Origin: Macrostomum lignano
Lineage: Eukaryota
Assembly: GCA_002269645.1 (NCBI GenBank)
Contig: NIVC01000126.1
Location: 682,001-746,000 of the forward strand
Reading direction: 5' to 3'
DNA length: 64,000 nt
The notes below the pieces were generated by a model, which saw only the letters and a program-made list of their open reading frames with translations, made no database searches and was not told the origin of the DNA. Each line of letters begins with the position of its first letter. The stretch's first letter is position 1. A program made the position numbers and the translations under genes. Shown piece after piece: positions 47,804 to 59,900 of this stretch.

Positions 47804-50800
47804 CCAAAAACGCATTCCGAGTCTTGATAATCACAAGTTTTCTGCAGCAAAGAACGCTAGAGAGCGTGAAACTCTTGCAAAGTCGCTTGGTCGAGGCACG
47901 TGGGACGTAGTTTTGGATTTCGATAGGGATAGCCGCAAGGAAGGAGGCATCTTCACCTTTATGGAAGAAGAAATGCGCAAGTTAGGTCGACTGAGCACGG
48001 TAAAGTCGTGGGAGGACCTTTCCACTCTGCAGACCACGACATTGAAGAGTGCCAAAGCGTGTCATCGAACAATTTACGTTCAAGTGATGGGATGCAGCGA
48101 GACAGGCAAAGCAGGACCGACTAATGAACACAAGCTCAAGAAGCTGCTGAGAACCAACTTGCTAAATGCCATATTTGAGAAGAACAGCGTCCTAGACCAG
48201 TGTTGTGTACGTCTCTATGCCTCTGCACCTCATTTTTGGAAATTGAAAATTTACCAATGAGTCCCACAGACGCTGAGTGCCATCTAAGAGAGGCATTCTT
48301 GTCCGAGTCTAACAATGAAGATGCCTTTAAAGCGTATACCATGTACGTTCAGCAGCAAGTGCTATCCGGCCTAAGCGATCAGCTAAGGAAAGTCTATAAG
48401 AATCAAAGTCTGCAAGAACACTTGATTATCGTTCCTGTGAATCAGTTATGCCATCTATTTGAGTCTATTTATCCTTCAATGGTTGCACTGAAACAATACG
48501 AGCTGCCTGGAAAGCACGGCCAAATATCTTTGGCTCGCGAGCAGTTCGCGACGTTTAAACCGTACCTCCGGCTTTACCACATCCAGTCTGGTCAGTCCAA
48601 GTATCTCAGCAAGGCCCTCGATCAGAAGGAACAGTACACTAATCAAGTTCGCCGTCAGTTCTTAGCTGGAAACGAACTCACAAAGGAGATGCTCCATCTG
48701 CATGATGAGCTACGATACCAAAACAGTGGAATATATGTTGAGCGAAGACAAGTTGAGACGCAGAAAGAAAAAGTGAGCAAATCTCTTAGCCATTGCGGCA
48801 ACCGTTCTTTCACAACCTGGGACACCAACGTCAGGCAGATCATTCGCTTACCTCACGAGGCAGTATCTGGTGCGTCAACGATCGCCAAAATCGTGCTTTG
48901 GCGTCTTCGTAAAGAGTACCCTTGCATTGAAGTGAAGTGCTTCGATCGAATGCAGGAAGTGTCTGAAGGTATTTGTACCCTGCACAAGAAGACAGAGCTA
49001 CCTGTCCTAGTGCTGTTCGACTCTAAGGAATTCCCACACTCATCTGTTCACGCGTTTGCGTCAGAGTTGAACAGGCGCGTTTCTGCGCCAAGATTTGTTG
49101 CCGTTTGCGTGGAGCAAGTTCAGTCCAATAAAGAAACTAACAGGAAACGGTGCTACTTTGAGATTCCAGTTTTGACGGCAAAACTTAGCCCAGACGAGGC
49201 AAATGCATTCACGAAAATATACATGGAATCCGGAGGCGATGAGAATCGCAAGTTGACGGACAAAGTCGAAAAGGAAACTGATCGAACACCGTTCCTTTTC
49301 GGCGTCTGGCACTTTAGAAAGGATTATGGAAAGATTAACGTGTTTATTCAGTCTCTTCTAGAGGATTGTGAAAACAAAAAGAATTCTCTTCTGCGCTTTG
49401 CCTGCCTGACGAAGTATTTCACGCACTCATCTTTGAACTTATCGATAGCTGCCAAATTTCTGGACCTTCCTCCAGAACAGAAGGATCCTTTACAGGTGTT
49501 GGAACACTTGGAAGAACAGCGATATCTATTAACTGTGAAAAGAATGCGGAAAGGATGGGGGTTGGCCCAATATCGATTGTCGGCGAGAAAATTCTTGAAT
49601 ATCTTTTTGAAGATATCAGTCCTATCGAGCGAGAAGGAGAACAAGTCAGAATGTTTGTGAGCAGTCTGTGCAAAATGGGTGAAGAAGGACCCGACTCTCT
49701 GCTTTCCTGCTTGACCTACCTGGTACGAAGGTTGATTTCTTGCCAGAAAAGGACAAAACATCCTAAGTTAACTGACTTCTTCATGACTCTTCACGAGAAC
49801 CTTCCATTGGAAGAAATTGAGCGCATATTCACGAGACTAGCAAATGCTTTTCCAGAAACAAAGTCTCACACGCTGGTCCACTTTGCTCGCTATGTTGCAT
49901 ACCACCAGAAGGATCATACAAAATCTATCGTTTTTGTCCGTAAGGCATTGGACATAACTGAAGATGCGACATTCTTCTCGGACACAACTTGCACTGATGA
50001 TGTAGTCCTTGGTTTATCCGCTCACCTCATTAACTGTCGCGTGAGCTCCGGTCCAGAGATATCTTTTCAAGAGGCTCAGGCGTGGGCTGTCGAAAGCATT
50101 CGCCTGTGCAAGAAGATTCAAAAAAGAGTTCCCGCAAAGTCAACTGGAGATTTCGTTTACAAAGCGCACCCGTTTGTTTACGAAATTCAGGCGCAGCGCA
50201 TACTGCTAAATCGTTTCTTCGAAACTGAGTGTCACTCTGACAGCGAAATTTACTTTCAGGAGATTGAAAACGACTGCTTCTGTGTTGCTAGAGAAGCACA
50301 TCAGAAAATAATTGAGAATGTTTTAAACCTGGAGAAGATGCACGAAGAAGGCGAAGTGGACTCGGAAACGCTAACCGAAAAGGATATGGGAAAACTAAAT
50401 GATGCAAAAGAAGAATTTATCAGCCGCTATCGCTTCTCTCAATCGGCCATCAATGCAAGCAGCGTGAAGCTTCGAACAGACATCAAGGACAATGCCTATG
50501 CGTGGACGATTGTGGATGTGTACACCCAGAGCAAGAAGGCATCTAAGGATTCGGCTCTATGGGATATTTATGAGTCCGATGATAACAAGCTGCTGGCGCG
50601 ACTTATGTGGGATCGCGTCTGGCGACTAAAAGGAGTGAATGCGAAGGACTCTGAGTCACTTTTAGAGATTTTGCTGCAGTGCAAATCGAAGCTGTCGCGT
50701 ACTTACTTGGAAGCCTGTGTGCTAACTATCTTGTCTCGACCTACAAAGGACGTGCTAGAACGGGGCATTCAACTTGCTGCCGATTGGCGAACGAAGTTCA

Positions 50801-51273
50801 CTACTGACGTCATTGCCAATTTCATACACGGCGCGTTCTATCTGGCCTCTGCGCTCTCTCGGAAGCCGACGGATCCAAAGCGAAAAGAACATCTGCAGGA
50901 GGCCAAGCAGCTGATGGAAAGGTGCGATCGCCTGACGAAACGGGACGATCCGTGCCATCAGGGAAGCTCCAAGACATTTCCTGGACGAAACGTGCCCCGA
51001 CTTGTTCTCGGCACTGGTGATAACTTGAAAGCTTTGATTTACCTACCGAGACGACGATCGTTCGAAGAGCAACAAAAGTACATCCTGAACGAGACTCGCT
51101 ACAGAACATTCACTGGCTACCTGAACGACACCGATCGAGTGGTCTGCGAAGAACTTGACTGGGTGCTTCGAGTGCCCGAGAACTCGTTGCGAAAAGAAGA
51201 ATTTCGTCAAAGGCGCAAGGTGTCGTTTGCCATTGCGTTAGCCTACAGTGGACCTGTGCCTTTCATGATCTGA
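47804..51273 (+). CDS. SAMD9-like: SAMD9/SAMD9L-like STAND-type NTPase (SIR2-like, P-loop, helical/TPR-like, OB-fold), intronless, 5' end lost in gap, two 1-nt frameshifts (~48235, ~49560)
   Basis: Compared with recalled human SAMD9: WDVVLDFDRDS ~ WFAVLEFDPES; IIRLPHEAVSGASTIAKIVLWRLRKEYPC ~ [36 protein letters not shown] ~ PVLLLVD; LSPDEANAF ~ LSPKEQRAF; C-terminal KVSFAIALAYSGPVPFMI* ~ KVSFYLGFSIGGPLAYDI. About 1150 aa after repair. Confidence 0.85.
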
Positions 51274-52589
51274 CGTCACTTTTTGGTCGATTGAAGTTTT
51301 GAGGTACATGTGACTGGTAACTACATAGTGCATAGGGATAATTTCCATCTGAAATTTATTCTGCGGCTAAGTTAAGTAAAGCAGGCAACACAAAAACAGA
51401 AAAAAAGATTTAAACTATACATCTGAAGTTGATTTTGTTAAAGTTTAAAACCCACCTTCAAGTTGACAATAAAAATATTTGTTTGGCGGAGTATCAGGAA
51501 TTTCAAAACGATATTGAACGATACTATTCGATATGAATCGAGATTTTGCCAATTTTGGCTACCAATTTCTGGAAGTTTGCCTGCCTAGGCTAAGTTTCTT
51601 TGTTTTATCAATTTTGATTAACTTGTCTGATAGATTATCCAGCTTTGCACTTTTATTCATTTTGCATGTTCACTATCTATAAAAAGCTTTAATTTTTTAG
51701 AAAGAAAAAAAATATGCAGTCAAATTTAAGCAAAATTAAATAACTGTTGCATGCGGGCCCTAGTTTTTTGTGAAAAAATCTAATCTAATAAAACAAAAAG
51801 TCACTTATGAACGTTTCAATGATAGAAGTATTTTCTCTTCCGAAGTAAAAATTGTAAGAAATTATTTATTCTACGAGCTAATAAAATCTAATTTTTTCTT
51901 TGTAATTTTTTTTACTTTATCCGATGCGAAATTTAAGAGAAAGTGTTTTGTTTACTATTTGATTCTTTTTTACGAGCTATGTTTCTGTTGCGCTTCGACG
52001 AATTTCGATCGCATATTGATTCGCATATTGAAAAAAGTCGGTAAAATCTGCTTATTTTCTACAATATCAATCTAAATATAATATATTTGGCGTTTCAATA
52101 AAAGTAGTAAAATTTTTGGAAAGTTACTACTTACTTACTACTTAAGTAAGTTGCATGGAAAGTTAGTTAAGTCCATGCTGACAGAATAATTCCACATTAA
52201 TGAATTAACTTAGGTTAGACATTACTTGGTAGATGACAAAATAACACCCTTCCAGTAATTGGTGTATGTTGATTAATATTGACGAAGTGTGACAAGAACC
52301 GAGGTTGGGGTCATCCTAGAAGACGAAATGACGGATGACGAAATAAGTAGGAATTAAAAAAATTTATGCGTTATACTACTTGATTAGACAGCCGGTTATG
52401 GTTGTCTATTTAGAAAAAAGATAAAATAGTTGAATAATTGTTAATTTTTTACGCATAAGGCCTGTAGAAAAGTAGTAATTAGGTAGGAAATTTTATTATT
52501 CAAGTCGCATTTTCTATTACACCTGCCTTGGCCGGCATATGTGCAAAAGCTGCGACAGCACAGCTGTGGCTATTGCTGTTCAGTCGAAG

Positions 52590-52780
52590 GACTGGGGGGG
52601 TCGCCACACACACTCTCAGTTACCCCAGCTAATGCTGGTGCCAATTTTACAGCTGGATGAACTGAAGCAATGCAGAGAGTAAAGTGTTTTTGCTCAAGGA
52701 CACAAATTGTTCCGAGTGAGTCGAGAATCGAACCACCGGACCTTTCAGTCGTGAGTCTGACGCTCTAACCACTAGGCTAC
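52590..52780 (-). mobile_element. tRNA-derived SINE (family B)
   Basis: Reverse complement begins TAGCCTAGTGGTTAGAGCG..GGTTCGATTC (A/B boxes), then a GTGTCCTTGAGCAA..TTGCTTCAGT..CAGCTGTAAAA body; partial second copy at ~63555-63690. Confidence 0.8.
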
Positions 52781-53977
52781 AACTGTTTCATAGCATATAG
52801 GTTTTTCCTTCACAGCTATGCAGCAAAGTCTGTCGATGTAGAAGTCAAATTATTTAATAAAACCAGACTGATATATTAGTCATTCAGAAGTCCTTGAACC
52901 TCGCGGGAGTTGAGTTGCCAAAAAATCTTGCGACTAAAATTGGATCATGCCTTAGAACATGACTCTACAGAAGCATCGGCATTCCACTGAAATTTAGAAA
53001 TAAATAAACTACAAAGTCGATCAGTCGTGCATTGCATTTCAAATCCTAATAAAATATACATATAGTGCATATATGCAAGGAAAGAAGCCAAACGGTTAAT
53101 CGTCTTTCCAATTCAGTCTTGATAGCTAGATCATTTTTAACAGAATAACAGGTTATGCTATGCAATGGTTCACACTGAAGCTACACGTAGCCAAGCGTGT
53201 GCCAAAGTTCTTTTTATTTTAAGCCACTCTTTTCTTGGCAAAATTTTGCAAGCAGCAAATAAACTCCCGCGCTTAAGTCTCTCTGATTTGATAGCGCCTA
53301 CAGAATGTTAAATGAGAGTAGAACAGTTTTGAAAACAAGAAAAGTTCACTTTATCGCAATCGTAAAGGTAAAAATACGCCGAGCAAAATGCCATGCACCC
53401 ACCACACTCGGGCAGGTTTAAGGTCGCGGAATAAAAGAACATTAAATCAAATCGAATGCAGGCAGCTCTATACACGAATATATTTGCTGTTTAGGCCAAT
53501 AAATTTCGCAGGATAAAGAGTTGATCCTGGCCGAAGCCTACTCTCTGCGCACCTGTTCTTGGAGAGTCATATAAGCAAGCCGCCCTGGGGTCGTTTCTTT
53601 TTTCAAAAAGTGAGATACAGTATCTTATCAGCGCAGTTTAACCTTGCAGTCGAGGCTGAATGCGTGCAGTTGCCCATGAGTTTTTGGGCGAGACCCGAAA
53701 AGTCAAACAAGTGGTGTTGAGAAAACGCCCTTTGCCACAATTCCACAATCCGCGAATTTCGGTCTGATTCATGGAAAATTATTCGACCGAAAAATTGGCT
53801 CGGGGGGTGGGAGGGCCGAGCTTTTAATCGGGCAGGTATAAAAGTGGTTGCGGTGTGCCAATTTTAGCATGGCAGAGCTGCGATAAACTTTGCAGAGCAG
53901 TAGTAGCCGTTAAATACTAATCGCAAAAAACTCCAGAGCAACAGTAGACTTGGCTGTTAAACCACTTTGATTCAGTT

Positions 53978-56900
53978 ATGACTGAGGTGGAATACGCTGG
54001 AAACAGGGTGAGCATCAAAGTTTAACAAATTCTTTATGTTCAAAAAAGTAAACTTGTTCCATAAATTTTGCTACATTCTTTCGTCCGAACAGCAACATGA
54101 CACGGACGATATTGAAGAGCCGAAGCCGCCACAGGCGTTTAGCTCGTCAGCTGCTATCGTTTTCTCCTGTCTCGGCACCGTCGTTGGCACCGGAAATATT
54201 TGGCGATTTCCTAGAATCGCCGCCCAGAACAGCGCCTCTCAGGGTGAGTCAATCTAGGAAATCCGTCATATTTGCTACTGAAGTTTCTACCGATCGGAAT
54301 CGTGTCTCCCGTGGTCTGGGGCTGCTGATTTACTAACCCATCTGCTGACATTTCCGCAACTTAAACTACTCACAGTAGCGTAATAGAAAATTTTGCGTTA
54401 TCCCTTAAACTATGCCCTAATCGACAACTAAAGTTTTCACTTTTAGTTACCCAAACTTTTTTTTGCTAAACGTTAAACGCTGTTCCCGTCAAGCTGTAGT
54501 TTTAGTTCCACAAATGCGCAGTTTTATATTTATTTATATGTTGACTTTTGTAAGACCTTTAGTGGCTACATGTAGGTATCAAATGGCTAGCAAAATAAGA
54601 TTAATCACACTGCAGGTCTAGGGGATGCCATAATATTTACTAAATACCGCTATTAAGAGCTGCGTAACGACGCATTCGAACCTCAACCCGCAGGCACCCT
54701 GATTTTTCTGGTCACGTGGTTTGTTTTTCTGTTCCTGTGGTCGTCGCCGATGCTTCTAATCGAGTACGCCATCGGGCGCTACTTCAAAAAGTCGCCGATC
54801 CAATCGTTTAGGAAGGCGATGGGCGACAAGTTTGTGTGGTGCGGCGCCTGGGTCACTTCGGTGACGTTTCTGATTAGGTAAGATCGACAGGTTTCTTACA
54901 CCAATTGATCAAGCCAGTCTGCAGTCGCAGCAGATTCAGGTTGACTTTCATAGTAGCAATAAATGAGGAAATTCTGCTATATTCGAACCAACGCCAGCTT
55001 AATTATGATCAATTTTCTCATCGCATCAACATCGTTGGAAAAGTTACTGAAGCTCGAAACCTCTTGGACTTACAAAATAGTCATATGCAAGCGATGTGCG
55101 GTTCGCTCGAGTCTGGTTCCCTAAATTTAACGATAGGCATACAAAATGACATTCCAATAATTTTATACAGTTAAAATTCTTTCTACTATCAGTAGTTTAT
55201 TCGCAGCTAGAGAGACAAAACACTTAAGGACAGAGGGTCAGAAATATATTAAAAAGTAAACTTAGCGTACTTTTTCTTCAAACTCTACTTACTCTGTAGT
55301 GTCATTAGCAAAGCCTGTGTGTCTCTGTGAAAAACGCTGAAATTTTAATTTACAAGTTCAAGAAAACTTGAGTGATATACACTAGTTCAGGGCTCGGCAA
55401 ACTTCGGCCCACGCAGGCCACATGCGGCCCGCAAAGCCTCTTTATCCGGCCCTCGGGTCCTTTAAAACTTCACAATAGCAATCTATCTCGTTTACGTCTT
55501 GTGTCTCTTCTCAGCTATCTGTCTCTACTCTCCTCTCTCTTCTCTCTCCCTTTCTCTCTCCTCTTAGCTCTCTCCCCATCTCCCCTCTCCCCCATTCCCC
55601 CTTCTCTCTCCTCTCTCCCCTCTCCCTTCTCCCATATTCCCCCTTCTCTCTCCTCTCTCCCCTCTCCCCTCTCCCCTTTCCCTTCTCCCCTCTCCCATCT
55701 TCTCTCTTACCTCTTCTCTCTCCCCTTTCCCCTCTCTCCTCTCTTATCTTCTCTCCCATTATCTTCTTTCTTATCTTTTCTTTCATCCCATCTCTCCTCT
55801 CCTCTGTCATCTTCTATTGTCTCACCTTTCTTCTCTCATCTGGCCCGAACCCGAAGCCCCGATTCTTTATCTGGCCCTTAAGGTAAAAATCAGCTGGCCC
55901 TTTTCACCGACCTCTGTAGTAGATTTAACAACTAATCATATTTATCATTGCCCAGCCAAGTCAAACTGTCATAAGCCGTACGTTTCACTTAGGCTCGTCG
56001 TCTCTCATTAATAGCCAACAAGGTGAAAGCCGAGGCAAACCCGACCGCTAGTAGGCAGCTAACGCATATCAATGCATAGTTCATCGGCCCCATCGATAGA
56101 TTAGCCTCGATGGCCGGCTCTGAAATATCATACAAGGATAAGGGTTAATAGTTAAAAGATTTTACGTTATTTTACCTACTTACAGTAGAGCAGTTTGCAT
56201 CTTACTAAACTTTTTTTAACTCACTGTAGGCCAAGCATCTGTATCGCATCAGGAATCCTCTATTAGTATTTTTCCCACTATGATTGGGAACGTCGCTTAG
56301 AAATGCAACTAGTAGGTGCTGCTTCGAACTGACGCTTCGATTTCTACGCGTTGTCGAGCAGAAACTGGGACTGCCGCAGTAACGGGCCGGGGAGTAGTCC
56401 CACTGGCGCTTGCCTGCGAGTATCGCTTATGCAATTGATCCGATGCGGTCTCTTTTGAATTGTGAGAGTTCAAGGTTAGCCTATTGAGGAGATGGTCGTG
56501 GCTCAGTTTACGCAACTGGCATGGAAGGATGGGGTGGCGGTCCAAGTTTAACCTACTGGAGGAGGGGGTGGCGGCCCAAGTTTAACCAACTGGGGGAAGG
56601 GGCTGGCGGCCCAAGTTTAACCAACTGGGGGAGGGGGTGGCGGCCCAAGTTTAACCACATGGGGGAAGGGGCTGGCGGCCCAAGTTTAACCACCTGGGGG
56701 AAGGGGCTGGCGACCCAAGTTTAACCAACTGGGGAGGGGCTGGCGACCCAAGTTTAACCACATGGGGGAAGGGGCTGGCGGCCCAAGTTTAACCACCTGG
56801 GAGAAGGGGGTCGCTGCCCAAGTTTAACCAACTGGGGGAGGGGGTCGCGGCCCAAGTTTAACCAACTGGGGGAGGGGTGGCGGCCCAAGTTTAACCAACT

Positions 56901-59900
56901 GGGGAAGGGCTGGCGGCCCAAGTTTAACCAACTGGGGAGGGGGTGGCGGCGCAAGTTTAACCAACTGAGGGAGGGGGTGGCGGCGCAAGTTTAACCAACT
57001 GGGGGAGGGGTGGCGGCCCAAGTTTAACCACATGGGGGAAGGGGCTGGCGGCGCAAGTTTAACCAACTGGGGGAGGGGGTGGCGGCGCAAGTTTAACCAA
57101 CTGGGGGAGGGGTTGGCGGCCCAAGTTTAACCACATGGGGGAAGGGGCTGGCGGCCCAAGTTTAACCACCTGGGAGAAGGGGGTCGCGGCCCAAGTTTAA
57201 CCAACTGGGGAGGGGGTCGCGGCCCAAGTTAACCAACTGGGGGAGGGGGTGGCGGCCCAAGTTTAACCAACTGGGGAAAGGGCTGGCGGCCCAAGTTTAA
57301 CCAACTGGGGGAGGGGTGGCGGCGCAAGTTTAACCAACTGGGGGAGGGGGTGGCGGCGCAAGTTTAACCAACTGGGGGAGGGGGTGGCGGCCCAAGTTTA
57401 ACCACATGGGGGAGGGGTGGCGGCGCAAGTTTAACCACCTGGGGGAAGGGGCTGGCGGCCCAAGTTTAACCAACTGGGGGAGGGGCTGGCGGCCCAAGTT
57501 TAACCACATGGGGGAAGGGGCTGGCGGCCCAAGTTTAACCACCTGGGAGAAGGGGGTCGCGGCCCAAGTTTAACCAACTGGGGGAGGGGGTCGCGGCCCA
57601 AGTTGAACCAACTGGGGGAAGGGGGTGGCGGCCAGTTTGACCAACCTGGAAGAAGGGATTGGCGGCCCAGTTTAATCTTCGCAAACTCAGAACTGTCTTT
57701 AGACTTACCGTCCCGAACCTCAACAAAGTCCCTAGTGCACGAGGGACTCTCCTGCATTTCGTAGTCCAGCATCTCGAGTTCCACCCGATACTCCAAGCCC
57801 TCCTGCTGGTCCGTATCCTGGCAGTTGCATGAGGAAATCACCCAGCGGCAGGTGGCGCTGCTAAAAGTTTAATTAAACAATCAAATCAGCCACACATCAC
57901 ACTTTCAATGGAAATTTAAAGACTTGATCAAACTCACTCTGGGTAGCTGTCGGGATACCTGGGACTGCTGATGTACTGGTAGGACAGTTTAGCGTACACC
58001 TGGTAGTACTCTGCACAGCTGCCAGAGGTTGCCACCCAGTCGCACGGGTCCGTGGCCGGAGACCGATTCTCACCTGAGAATAGATTAATTAAATTCATAG
58101 AAAAGTGGCGCTCCTGTAATCTAATTTTCGCCTTGGCACCTAAAAGGCACACATGCAGACACCAAAAGTAGCACCAGGCATCAAAAATAGAGTTCAGATA
58201 TCCGAAATAGTGCACTATTCTAGACAACTTAGATGCGTCAAGACGCCCAAAAAGGCGTCAAGGCTCTCAAAGTGACGCCAAGATACCCACAGTGACGTCA
58301 AGACACCAAAAAAGGCGTCAAGGCTCTCAAAGTGACGCCAAGATACCCACAGTGACGTCAAGACACCAAAAAAGGCGTCAAGGCTCTCAAAGTGACGTCA
58401 AGCACCAAAAGTGACGTCTAGACACCCAAAGTGACGTCAAGACACCCAAAGTGACGTCAAAACACCCAAAGTAATGTCAAGACACCCAAAGTGACGTCAA
58501 GACACCCAAAGTGGCGTCAAGACAACCAAATTGGGTTAAAACACTCAAAATGACGCCAAGACCCACAGAAATCGTGAATTCATAACTGAAAAGTCATCCT
58601 GACATCAATCTTCGAAAAAGAGGCTTTTCCAGAAATTCCGAGAGCCCAGCTTAAAAAAATGAAGCAACACGAAACTTACACGTTCCGGCCTTTAAAACAG
58701 GCATACATTGGCACAGAATTGCGCAGGTAACAATCGCCATCGCAATGCGGTGGTCTTTTCTATAGATTAAAACCATAATGCCGATTTGCTAAACGAGGCT
58801 TGTGCTCAGGTGTTTCCTGGTTTTTGAGGATTTTTGTGTGCTCGCCTGTTTATACAGTCTCTGGGAGAGAAGTTCGGTCGATAAGGCACGAAGCGCTTAT
58901 ATAGATAAGATGACTGCTTGCGACAAAGTGAACTCTTTTTCTTCAGCCAACTATCGAACGCTATTTTGTTTTCGATACTACTTATTAAATCAGTAGCTTG
59001 TAAAGGCAAAAGTTACCTAAACCATAAACTTTCAGTTGCTACTATTCGGTCGTGCTGGGCTGGTGTTTCTACTATGTGTACAAAACGATTCAACTGTCCG
59101 CGACCGGAGAGCTGCCGCAGGCCGAGCCAGAGAGTCAGGAAATATTCGAAGCGTTTGCTGTAAGGCTTTGGCCCGAGTTCTCTTTTAAATTCACAGGTTG
59201 ACTGCTTTTGACTCTGAAGAAACTGGAATCTGAGGCTTCCAGTCCTGAAGAAACAGGAAAATGCATTGGATCGAGGACACTCTACCCTGAAAAATTAGGG
59301 ATTCCCTGCCCTGAACAACTAGGGATTCCCTGCCCGGAACAACTAGGGATTCCCTGCCCGGAACAATTAGGGATTCCCTGCCCGGAACAACTAGGGATTC
59401 CCTGCCCGGAACAACTAGGGATTCCCTGCTCTGAACTTTATTCCCTGCCCTGAACAACATTCTCCTGACTATAGAGATGACTAGAGATTAACATAGGCTC
59501 CCAGTCCTGAAGAAATTTAAGGATTGAGTCTCCCAGTTTCGCAGTCCTAAATGAGCAGTTGCTTCGCCTTTGAGACGCTAAATTCAAAAGACGCGTTGGT
59601 AACGTTAACCGCCTGATTGACTTCTCAATTCCCAGGAGAAAAGCTACTGGCCAATCATGTGCCACGGTCTGGCCATCCTCGCATCCGGCGCTTGCGTAAT
59701 CGGCGGCATCACCTGGATTGAGAAGGCCAACATGGTGCTGGTGCCTACCCTGCTGCTTATCATTATTGGCACCTACTGCTGGTCGGTTCTGAACAAATAT
59801 AGCGACTATGGCATTAAGTTCCTATTTACTCCGGATTTAGGTAAGTTCAGTTGTGCGCTCCTACTAGGGTGTCGTGAGGGATTTAACCCAGCGACTAAGC

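Noticed and set aside
46862-48260. Long ORFs spanning 46862-48260 suggesting a mariner-SAMD9 fusion
   Set aside because: They are open only because N codons were read through; nothing can be said across the gap.
47804-51273. Bacterial contamination or recent HGT explaining the intronless 3.5-kb ORF
   Set aside because: No operon context; best recalled similarity is to animal SAMD9, whose coding region is also single-exon; the downstream flank is AT-rich host-like DNA with host SINEs. A phylogeny is needed to exclude it fully.
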